Shown here: one piece after another, positions 13,402 through 26,492 of the stretch
Numbering within the stretch: the stretch's first letter is position 1
Layout: the number at the start of each line of letters is the position of its first letter
DNA from: Camelus dromedarius
Lineage: Eukaryota
DNA length: 64,000 bases
Reading direction: 5' to 3'
NCBI RefSeq assembly: GCF_036321535.1
Contig: NC_087438.1
Span: forward strand, 7,628,001-7,692,000
Program-made: the position numbers and the translations under genes
The notes under the pieces: generated by a model
Told to the model about the DNA's origin: nothing
Seen by the model: the letters and a program-made list of their open reading frames with translations, nothing else
Database searches by the model: none

Positions 13402-13899
13402 GAAGGAAATGAAAAATCCACTGGGATGGTATGACAATGACAATATGGTTGTACTGAGGGTAAAAAAACACAGAATTCACTCAGGGAGTGATGGATGTTG
13501 CCTGTGAATCGCCCTGTCCTATGCAGACCCTCCATTTTCATTGCCACCATGGACCACTCATCACTCTTAGACTACAAACCTTAACTATGCTTTTTCTCAT
13601 ACTGGTCCCTCTTCTTCAAAAGCTCCAAAGCTTTTTCTCTGCTAAGAGATCTCCTCTGACAACATGTGAGGACTTCATCTTGAGGTCTTCTGCATTTGTA
13701 CTGCCTCCTGCCAGACAGAATGAAGCACTCTTGACTGTGTGCCCTTAACAGTGTGATCATACACTCGCCCAGTCTTTGTGTACTTACCCACCTCCGTTCA
13801 TCTGCTTAGCCATCTCTCCTTTCTTTCATGTATCCATTGGCCCACCCATTTACTTATTTTTTCATTCATCCATACATCTGTTCATCCAACACTCTTTCA

Positions 13900-14012
13900 G
13901 GGGGAGAATATAGCTCAGCGGGAGAGCGCTGTGCTTAGCATCACAAGATCCTGGGTTCAATCCCCAGTACCTCTATTAAGAAATAAATAAGTTACCCCAC
14001 TCCCCCCAAAAA
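13900..14012 (+). mobile_element. tRNA-Ala-derived SINE (camelid Vic-1 type)
   Basis: A box 'tagctcagcggg', B box 'gggttcaatccc', then an AT-rich segment and C-rich tail as in the other copies. Confidence 0.85.
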
Positions 14013-15767
14013 TTTTTTAAAAATCAACTTCACCCAAAACTTTTTCCATTATTCATAGAAGAAACATTTATTTAAAACCCTATATATGCCTAAGCTTGGC
14101 TCAATCTTTGCATTGAACAGAGATTTCATTCTATTCCAAGGCCAAGGAGTAGACAGCCAATTCCAGAAAACACCTAGAAAGTGTGGCTTTTAGTCCCACG
14201 CTGGGTTTTCTGTTGGATTGGTGTAACCTGTGCTCATGACCAGCTCAGGTTCCTTGTCTTCTTGACTAAGGTGGAAGCTGAGAGAGAAATGTTCAGTTTG
14301 AATTTTGGATTAAGAATCCAGGAACTCTGGGTCCTGCTTCCTCTGACCTAGAGAACACCCAGCAGAAGTGTGGTGAAGGCAGAGACATAGGGTTATAAAT
14401 GTGGAGAATCGTGTATGTTTCATCACTAAACTGATAGCCAATTACCTTTTTTGTAGTCTCAAGAACAAAGGGAGTCTGGTAAGATGGAATGAGAACCAAA
14501 AAACTTTAGAAGTGACACCAAGCAGTCAGACATAGAAAAAAACAACCCGGCCTCTGGACGTTTCTAACTCGGAGTCCTTCTTTGGCTGTATTCCATCATG
14601 GAGACAAAGAGAGCATGACACAGTTTTCGACTCTGCTTTAAAATTTTTTTATAAGAAGGGGACCCCACTCTAACGCAAAAGGTGACACCCTAACGACTAT
14701 GCCCCTCGTAAAACATTCACTGGCTCCTGTTACCACTGAGCACACCCGGAAGGTCCTGCTGCACAACAGGACTCGAGTTTCTTTTCCACTCATTTCCCAG
14801 CTCCTGGTGGGAACTGGATCTTTACGGCTATTGAGAATTCGAGGCCCCATCTTCATGGCAACAATTTCAGCCTATATTACCAGGCCTCAGCGTTTTCTCT
14901 AAAAGGCAGGCATTTTTCCTTGTTGAGGAATCAGGATCCTTTCCTCTGCCTCTGGCACCCGGTACTTATAGCCTGCAAACGAGTGATGTATGGCTCATTT
15001 TGCCGCCTCCACGGAGGCCGGCTCATCTGATGATTCCATTCATTAGATGTGGAGTGAGAGAAATGCCCACTTCATTTTCTTTGTGTCCGCTACCTTATTT
15101 TCCCTCTTTTGGTCTGAAGAGAACCAATAAACCTTCTATCTTCAAATTTTCAGAGGACTGCTTTCCACCTAGCTGCTTCTCAAATGCTTTTAAATGGAAA
15201 AAAGAACTGAAAACAGGCTGCTGTTGGGGTGATTTGCAAGCTCTCTGAAATTACTGTTTTTCTGCTTCGCAGGCTCAGTGATTGACAGTACCTTCTCCCA
15301 GATAGTCAACCAGTTGGCACTGGCTGGGATGGCACCGTTCACAATTACTTGAGTCTTTTTTTTTTTTTTTTGTCAGTTTTTACTGAATGAAAACTAGAAT
15401 TAATTTTTCATGGGCTAATGGTTTTGCACAGCTACAGTGTAACTGCCAAGTTTATGGACTTTGCAAATAACATTTACTCTCTCTCTCCCCCTTTTTTAAT
15501 TCTTCCTTCCCTGGTCTCTCTAGAGTTTTAGTTTTTCATGCTTTTAGCCCTTTCTCATATCTGGTTTATTCTGATAAGAGCAGATCAACTAGCCAGCCTG
15601 GAGTAAGAGAAAGCTCTTGGCAGACGAGGTCCAGTGGTCCCAGTAAGTGACTAGTGCATTGGCCTGGAGCCACGGTTGGAGCACGATCTCCTCTGCCCCC
15701 TAGCTGTGTCCGCAGGAGGAAGCCACTGACCTAAAGCCTCTGTAGCCCATTGTCCCTCCCTGTAGAT

Positions 15768-15988
15768 CATGGCTTCTCAGCCTCGGCTTTCCTGACATTT
15801 TGTCCTGAAATAATTCTTTGTTATGGCGGGGGTGGGGGTGGAGGCGTGGATGCTATCCTGTTCATTGTAGGATGTTTAGCAGCATTCCTGACTTTTATCC
15901 ACTGCTTCCCCAGAGGTGACAACCAAAGATGCCTTCAGACATTGCCAGATGTCCCCTGTGGGGGGAGCAGATTGTTCTGAGAACCATG
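15768..15988. mobile_element. MER20 (hAT-Charlie)
   Basis: 'cttctcagcctcggc...gacattttg...ataattctttgtt...cagacattgccagatgtcccctg...gagaaccatg'. Confidence 0.8.
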
Positions 15989-16144
15989 ACTATGGATACC
16001 CTACCTTGTGCTCCTTGAGTGGAAGTTCCCAGAGAGCGTTGGGATAAACAAGAGAAAAGGAAGAGGAGAAGGGGAGGAATGTGAAAGCAGATGGGCTCCG
16101 GAGCACTGCCGTCTCAGCTGAGAACCCAGACTAACGACTTTATT

Positions 16145-16315
16145 GGTCGCCAACCCTGGCTGCATGTTAAAATCACCCAGAGAGCTTTAAAAAACACCGT
16201 CTGTCTGAGCGCAGCTCCTGTCCTGAATCAGTTGGTGTGAGGTTATGCGCAGCATCTGTGTCTTCTACTCAAGTTCCTCGGGCGACTAGCGTGATGCCGA
16301 GGCCGAGAACCAAGG
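16145..16315. mobile_element. MER5A-like (hAT-Charlie)
   Basis: 'ggctgcatgttaaaatcacccagagagctttaaaaa...gagaacca'. Confidence 0.7.
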
Positions 16316-17399
16316 GGCGAGGCGGGCTCTGCCCTGCGCAGCTGGCTTTACATTTTGCAGCCCCCAGCGTGTGGCCGCTCTGTGGCTGTGCTGTTGAGAC
16401 GTCCGCTTTGCCTTCCCGATACATGTGCCGCCGTCACCAAGCGGGAGACCGAGCATCACAAGTGGCTCGTGTGCCCCACCTGACCCTCACTCCTCCTTCC
16501 CTGCCTAGGGGTCTCCCTTTTGCTCAGACAAACACACACGCTCATCTGCTTGCAAAGAACGTGAAGGAGACCCTCTGGGTAACGCAGAAGAAGCCCACTT
16601 GGGACAGCACGCGGGTCTGCTGTTTTCACTGATTGAGCCTTTTTTTTATGCTTAATTGAAAGGGGCCCCTAAGTGGCCCACACAAAACTGGTAATGCCCA
16701 AAACTAAATGATACTTACTGAGAAAAATTCAGGGAAAGAAAAAAGAAAGTCACAAATTAAAGAATGGGCTGAATGGACAAGGGGTAGAGAAGGCAGGATC
16801 CAAGATGGTGGCTTGAAAGTGCAATTCCATGGGGGCATTTCCCCCAAAGAAGAAAGTAAAGAGACATAAACCAGGGCTTCTGGGCAGGGATGAGGAGACA
16901 CCCAGTTCCTGTGAAGGAGAAAGCCGTGGAGCTGACTCAGCTGGGGCCAGAAGCAGAGGGAGGGATCCTGAGTCAGGAAGGGGAAAGGTCACCTCTTCCA
17001 GAGGTCCCTAGGAGGCAGAGGCAAGACGTGACTGGACCTAGAAGATGGAGTAAGGGTGGCTGGTGAACAAATACTTGACTTCAGGAGGGAGGGTGTTACC
17101 CCCGGAGGTAGGGGACAACCGGAATCTCCTGGAAGGGATGCTCAGCAGACTTTAAACTTGCTAAAGAAGAGAGACGGGTGGAAAACATCCTGTGTTATGG
17201 TCTCTGCACAGAACCCAGCAAGTGCTCAGGTGTTTCTCAGGCTGAGAAGCTGAATATGTTAGACGACTACGTCATATAAAGTGTAAATCCCCAAAGTCTG
17301 GCACCTGATACACCTTGTTGTTAGAGCAAGAGGACTGCAAGATTCAGAAAGCAAGAGACAACGAGAGGGACAGGGAGCCAAGAATGACATCAATGATTG

Positions 17400-18185
17400 T
17401 AAAAATACAAAGAGTTCTAATGAGTATTCAATTAACCCCCCCCCCAAAAAAATGGGTAAGAAGAAACAGAAGAACCAAAAATAGTTGGGACAAACAAATA
17501 GTAAAGTGGAAGTTCTGAATCCCATCAGATCTAAAATTACGCTAAGTGGAAATGGATTAAACACTCCAATTAAGAGGGAGAGGTTGTCAGAACAGAGAAA
17601 AAAGCAAAACCCCACCCCGGATGCAAGATATTCTTTAAACTTAAAGACATAGATAGATTGAAAGTGATTGGATGTTAAAAGATGTACTGAGTAAATGGCA
17701 TAAGCAGACTGGAGTAGCTACATTCATCTCAGATAACAGACATAACAACCAAAAGTATTACCAGAGTTAAAGGGGGACGTTTCATAATGATAAGGGGTTA
17801 ATTAATCAGGAATGTATATGCCTCCAAACAACCATAAATGTATATGCTCCAAACTACATATCTTCAATCTAAAAATACACTTGACTAATTGAAAGCAAAA
17901 ATTATATCATGGTATTATGGGATTCACAATGTACATAAATGCAAAATTATGACAACTGTAGCATATAGGATGGGGGACAGAGATCAATCACCCTCTAAGT
18001 TTGCAAGATTCTTTTATTTCATGTGAAGTGGTGTAACATTAACAGTAAGTCGGCTGTGAAAGGATAAAGACGCACAATCTAAACCCCGTAACACCCACTT
18101 AAAAATACAAAGTGCAATAGCTAAAAAAGAAAAACCAGTAGCTATATTAAAATGAAATTCTAAAAAATATTTATTCAACCCAGAA
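17400..18185 (+). mobile_element. Old L1 inter-ORF / ORF2 endonuclease-start fragments
   Basis: 'aatggattaaacactccaattaagag' (NGLNTPIK) and 'cataatgataagggg' match the start of L1 ORF2. Confidence 0.75.
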
Positions 18186-19098
18186 ATATACACACACTCC
18201 CATTCCACACACATTGCTTTGGGATGATGGAATCTACCAACCTGTGTGAAAGGCCATCTTTTGTGAAGGTTAGTGTTTCCTTAGTTTCTCTGGTTATAAA
18301 GTGTTGTCACAATGAGTTGTAATTTTGGCAAATTCGTAGCCATCATAAACCGCTGCTCTCATCCAAGTGTACTTCTTTCTGTAGCTAAGTTAGGAAGTCT
18401 TTCCCTGTGTGGCTTGTTCTGGTTTGTGGATTTTGTGGGGGTCTAGTTTTATCAAGAAGCATTCAGCTTTCAGATCCAGGTCTTAATAGAAAGTAACCCC
18501 ATTACCTTCTCCCTTTCCTGAAGATTCCCATAAAAGTTCCTAGAATTCTGAGATTTCCTGGATGAATGTGAGTCCTACCAAAGAGAAATCTAATCACCAT
18601 TAATATTCTTAATATCAGTAAAAGAAAAAGGAGTCAGGTCCACTGGGGACAAACTATCTCTCTCACACACACACAGAGTCATCTGATGTCTTTGTGTGAT
18701 CGTGTCTTTGGATCTGGTCACCATTTAGTGAGCATCGCCCTGGGTGGTATGAGATGCAGCCAAACGGAACACATGTCCCACTGGCTCGCCGAGACCTCCT
18801 TCTGTGAACTCCTATTAACTGTGGGCTCTCTACAGCCTGCATTTGTGCAGTTGACTTCTTTAGACTCAGTCAAGTCTCCACATTTGTCTCATTAATGTCA
18901 TCTTGCAACTTTCCAAGAACAATTAAAAAAAAATAGCTCTTGCCATCTGATAAGTGTGCAGAAAATGATTGCTGAATGAATATTTGAACTGGACTTTTAA
19001 AAATCCAAACCATTTAACAAAACCCTTTGGACTGGCCTCTGGATTCAGATAGATATAGCTGAATTTAACAAATATTTGAAGGTATTTGCTGAAAGTGC

Positions 19099-19441
19099 AC
19101 CTGGCTCTCCGTGTCCGTGGGTTCTGCATCCTCAGATTTAACCAGCCTTGGACTGACAATATTTGGGGAAAAAAGTTCCAGAAAACTCCAAAAAGCAAAA
19201 CTTGAATTTGCCACATGCCAGCCAACAATTTGCATAGCATTTACATTGTTATTTACAGCTATTGACAGAGCATTTACATTTTAATAGGTATCATAAGTAA
19301 TCCAGAAATGATTTAAAGTACACAGGAGGATACAAGTAGGTTATATGCAAATCCCACTCGATTTTATACGAGACTTGAGCATTCTCAAAGTGAGGGCTGG
19401 TGTCCTGGAACCAGTGTCCCCCAGACACTGAGGGAGGACTG
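19099..19441. mobile_element. MER2 (TcMar-Tigger)
   Basis: 'ctccgtgtccgtgggttctgcatcc...cttgaatttgccacatgcc...ctgagggaggactgta'. Confidence 0.85.
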
Positions 19442-20399
19442 TATCAGGAGAGGCAGGGTCTTCCTGGTCCTGAAGGACACTGTAATTCAATAGGAGTGTG
19501 GACATGCGAAAAGGACTAACAGAAAAATAACCATTATAGTTGAGTATTAAGTGAAGGAAACAATTATGAACAGGAAAGCAAAACAGATAGGGGCGGGTGA
19601 GGTCTCCCAGGGTAGACAGTTCTAGAAGAATGAGTAGCATTTTAACAGAGGGAGTTGGATGAGGTAGAGAAGACAGTATAGTCAAAGTCACAGAGATGAG
19701 AACCACAGGAAAGCGGTCCAGGCTCAGTAAGCAGCAGAGCTGGGTCAGTACATGAAGGTCACTTTGGAGATTCACAGGAGATAAGACCAGAGCAGAGTTT
19801 CTGGAGGATTCTGAAAACTGCGTTTGACCTATTTGTATATAATTTGCTCCACAATAAGAAAGTATTGGCTATTTTTAAGCTGGGCTGTAGGAAGATGGAT
19901 CTGGAAGCAGTTTGTGGTGGAGGGGTTGAAAACGAAATTGAGGTGTTGTACCTGAGCTGGCTTCTCTTTTGTCCACATGAAAGGATTTCTGCTTGGAGTG
20001 GGGTAATCACGTTTCTGCCTCACCTGGTTTCCTGAGGAAAGGACTTCCACCTTGAATGATGAAAAACAACTTGGAGAGTCAAAAGGCCAGACTCAGAGAG
20101 CCCTTATCATGTTGAGAGCTTTCAAGAGCTGGTGATAAACACTCAGGAAAGAGAATCTAAATGGTCTGCTTCAGTGAAGGGAGCCTCGAATTGTTAATTC
20201 CTAAAAGTCACACATTCCCTGTATATACAGTTGCTTCCTTGTTGGTCACCAGTGTGATGGTATATTTTCTCAAGTCTCTTTCTTTCTTTTTTATTCACAA
20301 AGATTTATTGAAACTTAACATGTGCCAAACACTGTATCAGAATTTGAGATATTCTATTTAGTCCATTTTTAAAACATCAATTACCTAAGATTATTATTA

Positions 20400-20740
20400 T
20401 TACATACTCTATAATATGCTCCATAATTCTTATTATTGTCACTTCACTTGTGAGAAAACTGAGGCTCAGAGATGGTAAGTAACTTTTGCAAAGTCACACA
20501 GCCAGAACAAAGCTGAAATCTGGTTTCCAATATCCTGTCTGGGCATATTAAATATACAAAACACCATTTAATATTTTCCAGTTAGCAAGAGATACTACTT
20601 CCTAGAACTTTAGATAAATTACATCAATTCTCACAACCACCTGTTATTAAGTATCATGCCAAACTGAGGTGCAGAGAGGTGGAATAACTTGCCTAAATTC
20701 CCTTAACTAGTAACTGGGGGAGCCGGGTTGAATCCTCAGT
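20400..20740 (-). mobile_element. Two MIR fragments
   Basis: 'gagaaaactgaggctcagaga...aagtcacacagc' and 'aaactgaggtgcagagagg...taacttgccta'. Confidence 0.7.
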
Positions 20741-22280
20741 CAGTAGGGGAGAGTGGACACTGGAATTTGGGTCTGTCTGATCCAAAGTGCATGTGTTAAG
20801 TGTGTTTGAAGGGTATTCTGATGATCCCCACCTCCTCAACAATTCCTCTGAGGTCTTTTGAGCACCTACTATGTGCTAGACTCTCTATGTGCTCTCCTGT
20901 TTAATCCTGAACCCTGGGAGCTAGCATTCTTCTCCTTTCACAGAGTAGGAATCACATCTCAGAGTGAAGAAGTTATTCACCAGGCTTGTTTGCTATTAAG
21001 TGATGAGAAGTTTAATATCCAAGTGTGTCTGATGCTAAATACTGCTTCGTACAAGAATCCATTTCTCCCTGGAAGACCCACGCTTCCCCAGTGTTCCCCT
21101 CAGTTCTTCATTTTGTTCCTATGAGCTGGACTCAAGGAGGGGGCTGCCCAGGTGCCTGACTTTCTCCTCAGACCCTCTCCAGCAGCCTCTCCTCGCGGAG
21201 AACTGTGTGGCAGAGTTCCCACGTTAAATGTACCACGTCATGGCTAAAATACAAAACCATTGAAACTAAACCTACAGCAACTACATTGTGAAAATGTTTA
21301 TTCCATAGTGTTAAGTGGGGAAAGCAGGATGAAAAAAGTTCTGCATAAAAATAAAAATGCATGTGCACAGAATTGGGGGGAAGCACACAGACATGAAGAG
21401 AGTGAGGACAGTGGCATCATGGGTGATTTTCTTTTCCATTTTTGAAATTGTCTTTAGTGTTGTGTGTTTTTGGAGGGAAGGAGGGAATTTGCTATCGACA
21501 TGCCACATACTAACACTATATCAACCACAAGTGCATGGTGAGTTTTCACAAACTGAGTACCCTGGTGCAGCAAACACCCAGATGGAGAAATGGGTCATTG
21601 TCAGGACCCCAGAAGTCCCACTCGTGCTCTCGTTCCATCTCACTCTGTGTTTTAATGTAAAGTTAGGAAAACCTATTCTCTGAGCACATATGGGCCGTTC
21701 ATGACCATGTACCAAGAAGATCTTGGAAAGTGGCAGAAATCCAAGGAAGAGGTGGGCTGGTCCTCTGAGCCAGTAAGCACTGAGCATCCATGGGGCCCCC
21801 AGTTCATCAACATCTTTACTCCAGAAATAGCTGTGTTAAGGATGGGTCATTCAGTTCAGGAACAGGAACTCAGTATCCCACCTAACCAGAAACCGGAAGA
21901 GACAGGCTGGCATCTGCTGGAGGATGTAAAGGGACTCTGAAAAGCATAGAGAAATACCCCACTCACTGATGTCCGAGGGTCCACTGGGGTCCAAACTCCG
22001 GAGCTGGCAGCGCACAGATGCCGAGGGACCTTCAACCCAGGGAGAAGGTGCTCGAGAACTTGGTTCAGAGAATTTGAACGGACCAGAGAGAAACAGTTGA
22101 AGGACAAGGGCACAGCTGTCCAGGGCCTGGAGCCCAGGAGAGTTAGATTCCTCCAGGTGGCGTGATCATGCAATACCCAAAAGATCGGGGAAGAAGGGGT
22201 TGAGCCCGGGAGACGGGGTCTTGGATTATGCAGGAAAGTGCTATGAGAGACATATTGGAACTCCCCCCCGCCATGAGCTG

Positions 22281-22680
22281 CACTCTAATTGATAAAGAGC
22301 TATTATGGACTGGATGGTGTCCCCTTCAACATCCATATGTTGAAACCCTAGCCCCCAATGTGACTGTATTTGCAATAAGGCCTTTGAAGAGTTAACCAAG
22401 GTTAAATGAGGTTGTAAGTGTGGGGCCCTCATTCACTAGGACTGGTGTCCTCACAAGAAGAGCAAGGGGCAGCAGGGGTCCGCCTGCACGGAGGACAGGC
22501 CACGTGAGGACAGACAGAAGGTGGCCGTCCGCAAGCCAAGGAGGGAGCCCTCAGGGGGAACCAAACCTGCCGACACTTTCATCCTGGGCTTCCCGCCTCC
22601 GGCCTGTGCGAAATAAATTTCTGTGGTGCAAGGCCCCCGGTCTGTGGATTTTGTCCTGGCAGTCTGAGCCGACTAACACA
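22281..22680 (+). mobile_element. MLT1A/B MaLR LTR
   Basis: 'tatggactggatggtgtcccc...catatgttgaaaccctagcccccaatgtgactgtattt...gactaacaca'. Confidence 0.88.
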
Positions 22681-24581
22681 GGAGCCCTGTGTATTTTTAC
22701 TGATGTTTCTAAGAGTCTGTTGTTTGATCTCTGTCCTCTTTGCTTTCACCAGGTACAGACGGTGAACCGAAGGCGGAGTTACTGTATCAGTTTTCACACT
22801 ATCATTCTCATATCCCACTTGTCCGGAAAAATTTTAAAGTAGAGTAAGATATATTCCCCAAGTAGAAACTTTGCAATACCACAGTCTGGATGTTTACACT
22901 GGCTTACTCAGGCAGACGCCTGTTTAGACCTTGGATATAATTTTTTAATTGAATAATTGAACCATTGATCTTGAGCAAAAAACATACAAGCTTCAGAGCT
23001 GGTGTTTGTTTTTTGTTTTTTTCAACAATAAATGCATTCACATCTCTGTTTTTAAAAACACCATGGCCGGTTGAAAGACTGGAACACCAAAAACACACTT
23101 ATTGGCTGTATGAATTGGGATCAAGCATTCTGAATTTCTCTGAAACCCACTTTTCTGAGCTATCAAATAATAGGTATATTGCAGGGTTGTGACTGAGGTG
23201 AACAATAATGTGTGTAAAATGTTGGCAAAGAGCTCAGGGGAGCTGTGGTGTAGCTGGCTACTGCCGTTGCCTTGAGACAGGATGAAAAGGAAGATTTTGC
23301 AAGACCTGGGATGCAGGGGAGCTGCCCGGGCTGGGCAGTCCCAGGCCTGGGCCGCTTTCCCTGCGGGCTTTGTCGCGCAGCCAGAGAAGCAGAACGGAGC
23401 TTGGCTGAAGCCGCCTCTGGTGACTCTGGGCTTGTCTTGGTGCTGCTGGTCGGGGCTATTACTTGTGCTATAAGTTGGTTTGTGGGGGAAACCAGAGGCC
23501 AGGAACCCTCAGCTGCTCCTACAACTAAGTGAAAGCAGGGTTGACACGGAGGCGAGCTCGCACAAAGATGTGCGCTAAGGCAGCTCTTGCCTTGAGCCTG
23601 TGGTCATTGCCGATGGCTTTGGCTCCGCTCTGACTTCATCAGCTCAAGAAATGAAGACAGGATGGTTGGGACGGGGCCCTTCTGAGGTGGGCCCAGGGGA
23701 GGACGGGTTAGGGTGCCTGGCTCGTGGACTGGCACTGGTTTATGATGGCCCACAGCAGGGACAGGGGTGCTGGGGGAAGAACATTCCTGTTCATGTTGGC
23801 CAACAAGGCAAGACTGTTGGTTGTGGCCAGATGACAAAGCAGTATTTTCTGGTTTTGAATCTTCTTTATTCCTCACTTTGGTGGGCAAGAGCCTAAATGT
23901 CCTCCTTGGTGTCCCCAAATTCCTTTGATGCTTGTCCTGTCACTTATTGGAACCTATATAGGGTCCAATTCCTGCCAGTGGCACTGTCTTACTCTCTTTT
24001 CCTTGTCTTAATCCCTTGGTGCAATGCTCCCCTCTTGTCAATGGTCCCCAATCCCAAAGACACAAGTTGCTTGGAGGACTCATTTAAAGTGTCCCTACCT
24101 GAGCTCTACCCCAAGAGGGCCTGTTTCCAAAGACCCAGTGGGTGATCATCAACCTTCCTAGAAAACACAATCTTGCACCAATGAAAACAGTTCAAGGATT
24201 GGGAGTAGGTTAAGCTGGAGGTCTCGGCCACTGTGTTCTGGGCAGTGTGGGAGGGATTCATAGACAAGCCAGAAAAACGTGGCTCTTTCTTAAGCTCTGT
24301 GGATTAAGGGGTTAATCTGTGGGGTAGAGATGGTCACGTCACAGGGACATGCATGATCATTCTTGGGTGTCATTCTGTGTTTGTGCATCCACCCCACCCC
24401 CTACTCCCAGTGGCCCAGGGCACTAGGAAGTAGAAACCCAGGAAAATGTAGGGATAAGATGAAGGATGAAGGACTGGTAACCCTCCATCCATTCATTTTG
24501 GATGGAAATGAGAGTTAAGAGAAATTCCTTTAAGAGTAAGCTGGGAAATTCTCATTCATAGTAACAACAATAATTATTATT

Positions 24582-24584
<3 letters not shown>

Positions 24585-24625
<41 letters not shown>
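24585..24625. repeat. (AAT)n microsatellite
   Basis: About 13 perfect units. Confidence 0.95.
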
Positions 24626-24626
<1 letters not shown>

Positions 24627-25937
24627 CAGCTTAGTGTTTTCTACTTTACTTTCTGTACTGAGCAGTAAAAGGCAATAAGGAGACAGTGGAGCATGATTTT
24701 GATGATCCTGGCAGCCTCCCCAGCTCCCAAATAGCTCTCCACCTAGCCTGGTATCATCCTAGAAATCCCAATACTAAATACTCTACTGTCATTGACAGTG
24801 TCTCTTTATCCACTTAAATAAACCCCTTGTGTGATTTAGGGCAGCAGGACCCCCATGCTGGTGAACTGGCTCCTGCAAACCGGTTTCCTCATCTCCATAA
24901 GCGGCAGGAACGTCCAGGCATCCTAGTACGTGAAATTCCAGTTCCAGCGCTCAGACTACCCCGGCACCTGGAAATAGCCCGAAACCGCAGGTCTTGATTC
25001 TATTTTGGAGTCTGTGATAACCACAAAATGATACAAAACAGAATCTGTATTCCTAGACGTCACCTCCTTTCACAAAGTGAGCGGCTGAAGAAGGTTTCCA
25101 TGGCTGCGTCTCGGCCAGGCAGTGTGGGATCTGTGCGCTGCAGGCATCTTATTTACTCTCGCAGGAGGCCAGTGTGTTTTGTTTCATACGACACACGTGA
25201 CACTCTCCCTTCCTTAACTGATTCTCCACACACCCCCACACACTGTCTTCTTATTTTTATTTTTTAACTCGAAGGAATACTGTGTTCCCGGCTCTCCTCA
25301 CAGCCACGCCGGAGGAACGGCGGCACGCTCGAGGACAGAGGTGGCTGTTAATACATTCTGGATAACAAGCACACAGCTCAACCCAGGGCTCCCTCGGGAA
25401 AATAGAGGGGTGGAAGCCAAAATATCATGCTGGGCAGGTTCGAGGTGGGGCAGCTCAGCTAACCCATCACACAGACATTAAAAATAAAATTAGGCTGGAT
25501 CTCCTGTGATTCCCCAGCTAGGCAGAAGCCAAGTAAATGGAACATATTAGCCTTAAGCTCGAATGATCTGTCTCCAAAGAATGGCCTCTCTCCGTCCACC
25601 TGATTGCAGAGTCCTCCCCAAAGGTCCCGCTCTCATGTGTTCGGAGCCGAGGTGGGGTGGGTCTGAGGTCCTGTCCCTCGGGCCCTGGTGGACAAGTACA
25701 GCAGCCCGGGTATTTGTCCTCAGGCCGTCAGGGCTCAGTCAGGAGGGTCGGTTCTAGGGCTTTTTGGGGGGTGGTGCTGGGGAGTTATTGAGCAAGCTCG
25801 GGTAATTGCACGTCCAGAGGGGAGGTCGAGCGCGATTTGCGCTTGGGGTCCTAGGACGTCACAGGTAGAGCCTGGCCCTGCCTAGTTTCAAGGTCCAGCC
25901 CTGCCACTTACTGCCACTTACAACCTCTTGGTACCTC

Positions 25938-26492
25938 TGCTACTCCAAAAGCGGAGGGGAAAAGACCCCAGTTCTTGTCATACCCGAAATAAAAGAATTC
26001 AGACAGGAGACAGAGCGCTGTGCAGCGAAAGATGTTAAAGGTTTTATTCGGCAAAGGGAAAGTACGGCTCCAAGAATGGAGGCGGGCTGATCCCAGGGCA
26101 GGGAGCAGTGCTCTTTGCTTGCCGCCTTCTCTCACACCCTTGCGTAGAGGTGGTCTTTTGGTTGACGGCTCTTGCCCCTGGAGGGCTTAGTCATGCTTGT
26201 CCCCTTTTGTGCACGTCCTCACCTGTGATGCACACAGAAAAAACCCACGGTGAAGGGGCGCCTAAACCACAATGCTAACTATAGTACAATGAGCATGGGG
26301 TCACGTCCAGTTAGATCCTTGTCGCTACCGCGCAGCTGTGGCTGACAGGTTCTAACATGTTTCTTGTTGGCACTCATTTAAAGGAAGTAAAACCCCTTTA
26401 TGCTGACGGTGGACACATCGCCATCTTCTGGACCATCCTGCCTCTTCTCCAGCTTGTCTGCCCGGTGCTTCCACTTATCTAACTACCTAACA
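25938..26492 (-). mobile_element. ERV1-like solo LTR inserted in a MIR
   Basis: TG...CA ends, 4-bp TSD cctc at 25934-25937 and 26493-26496. The MIR core 'cctcagtttgctcacctgtagaatggg' resumes afterwards. Confidence 0.82.
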
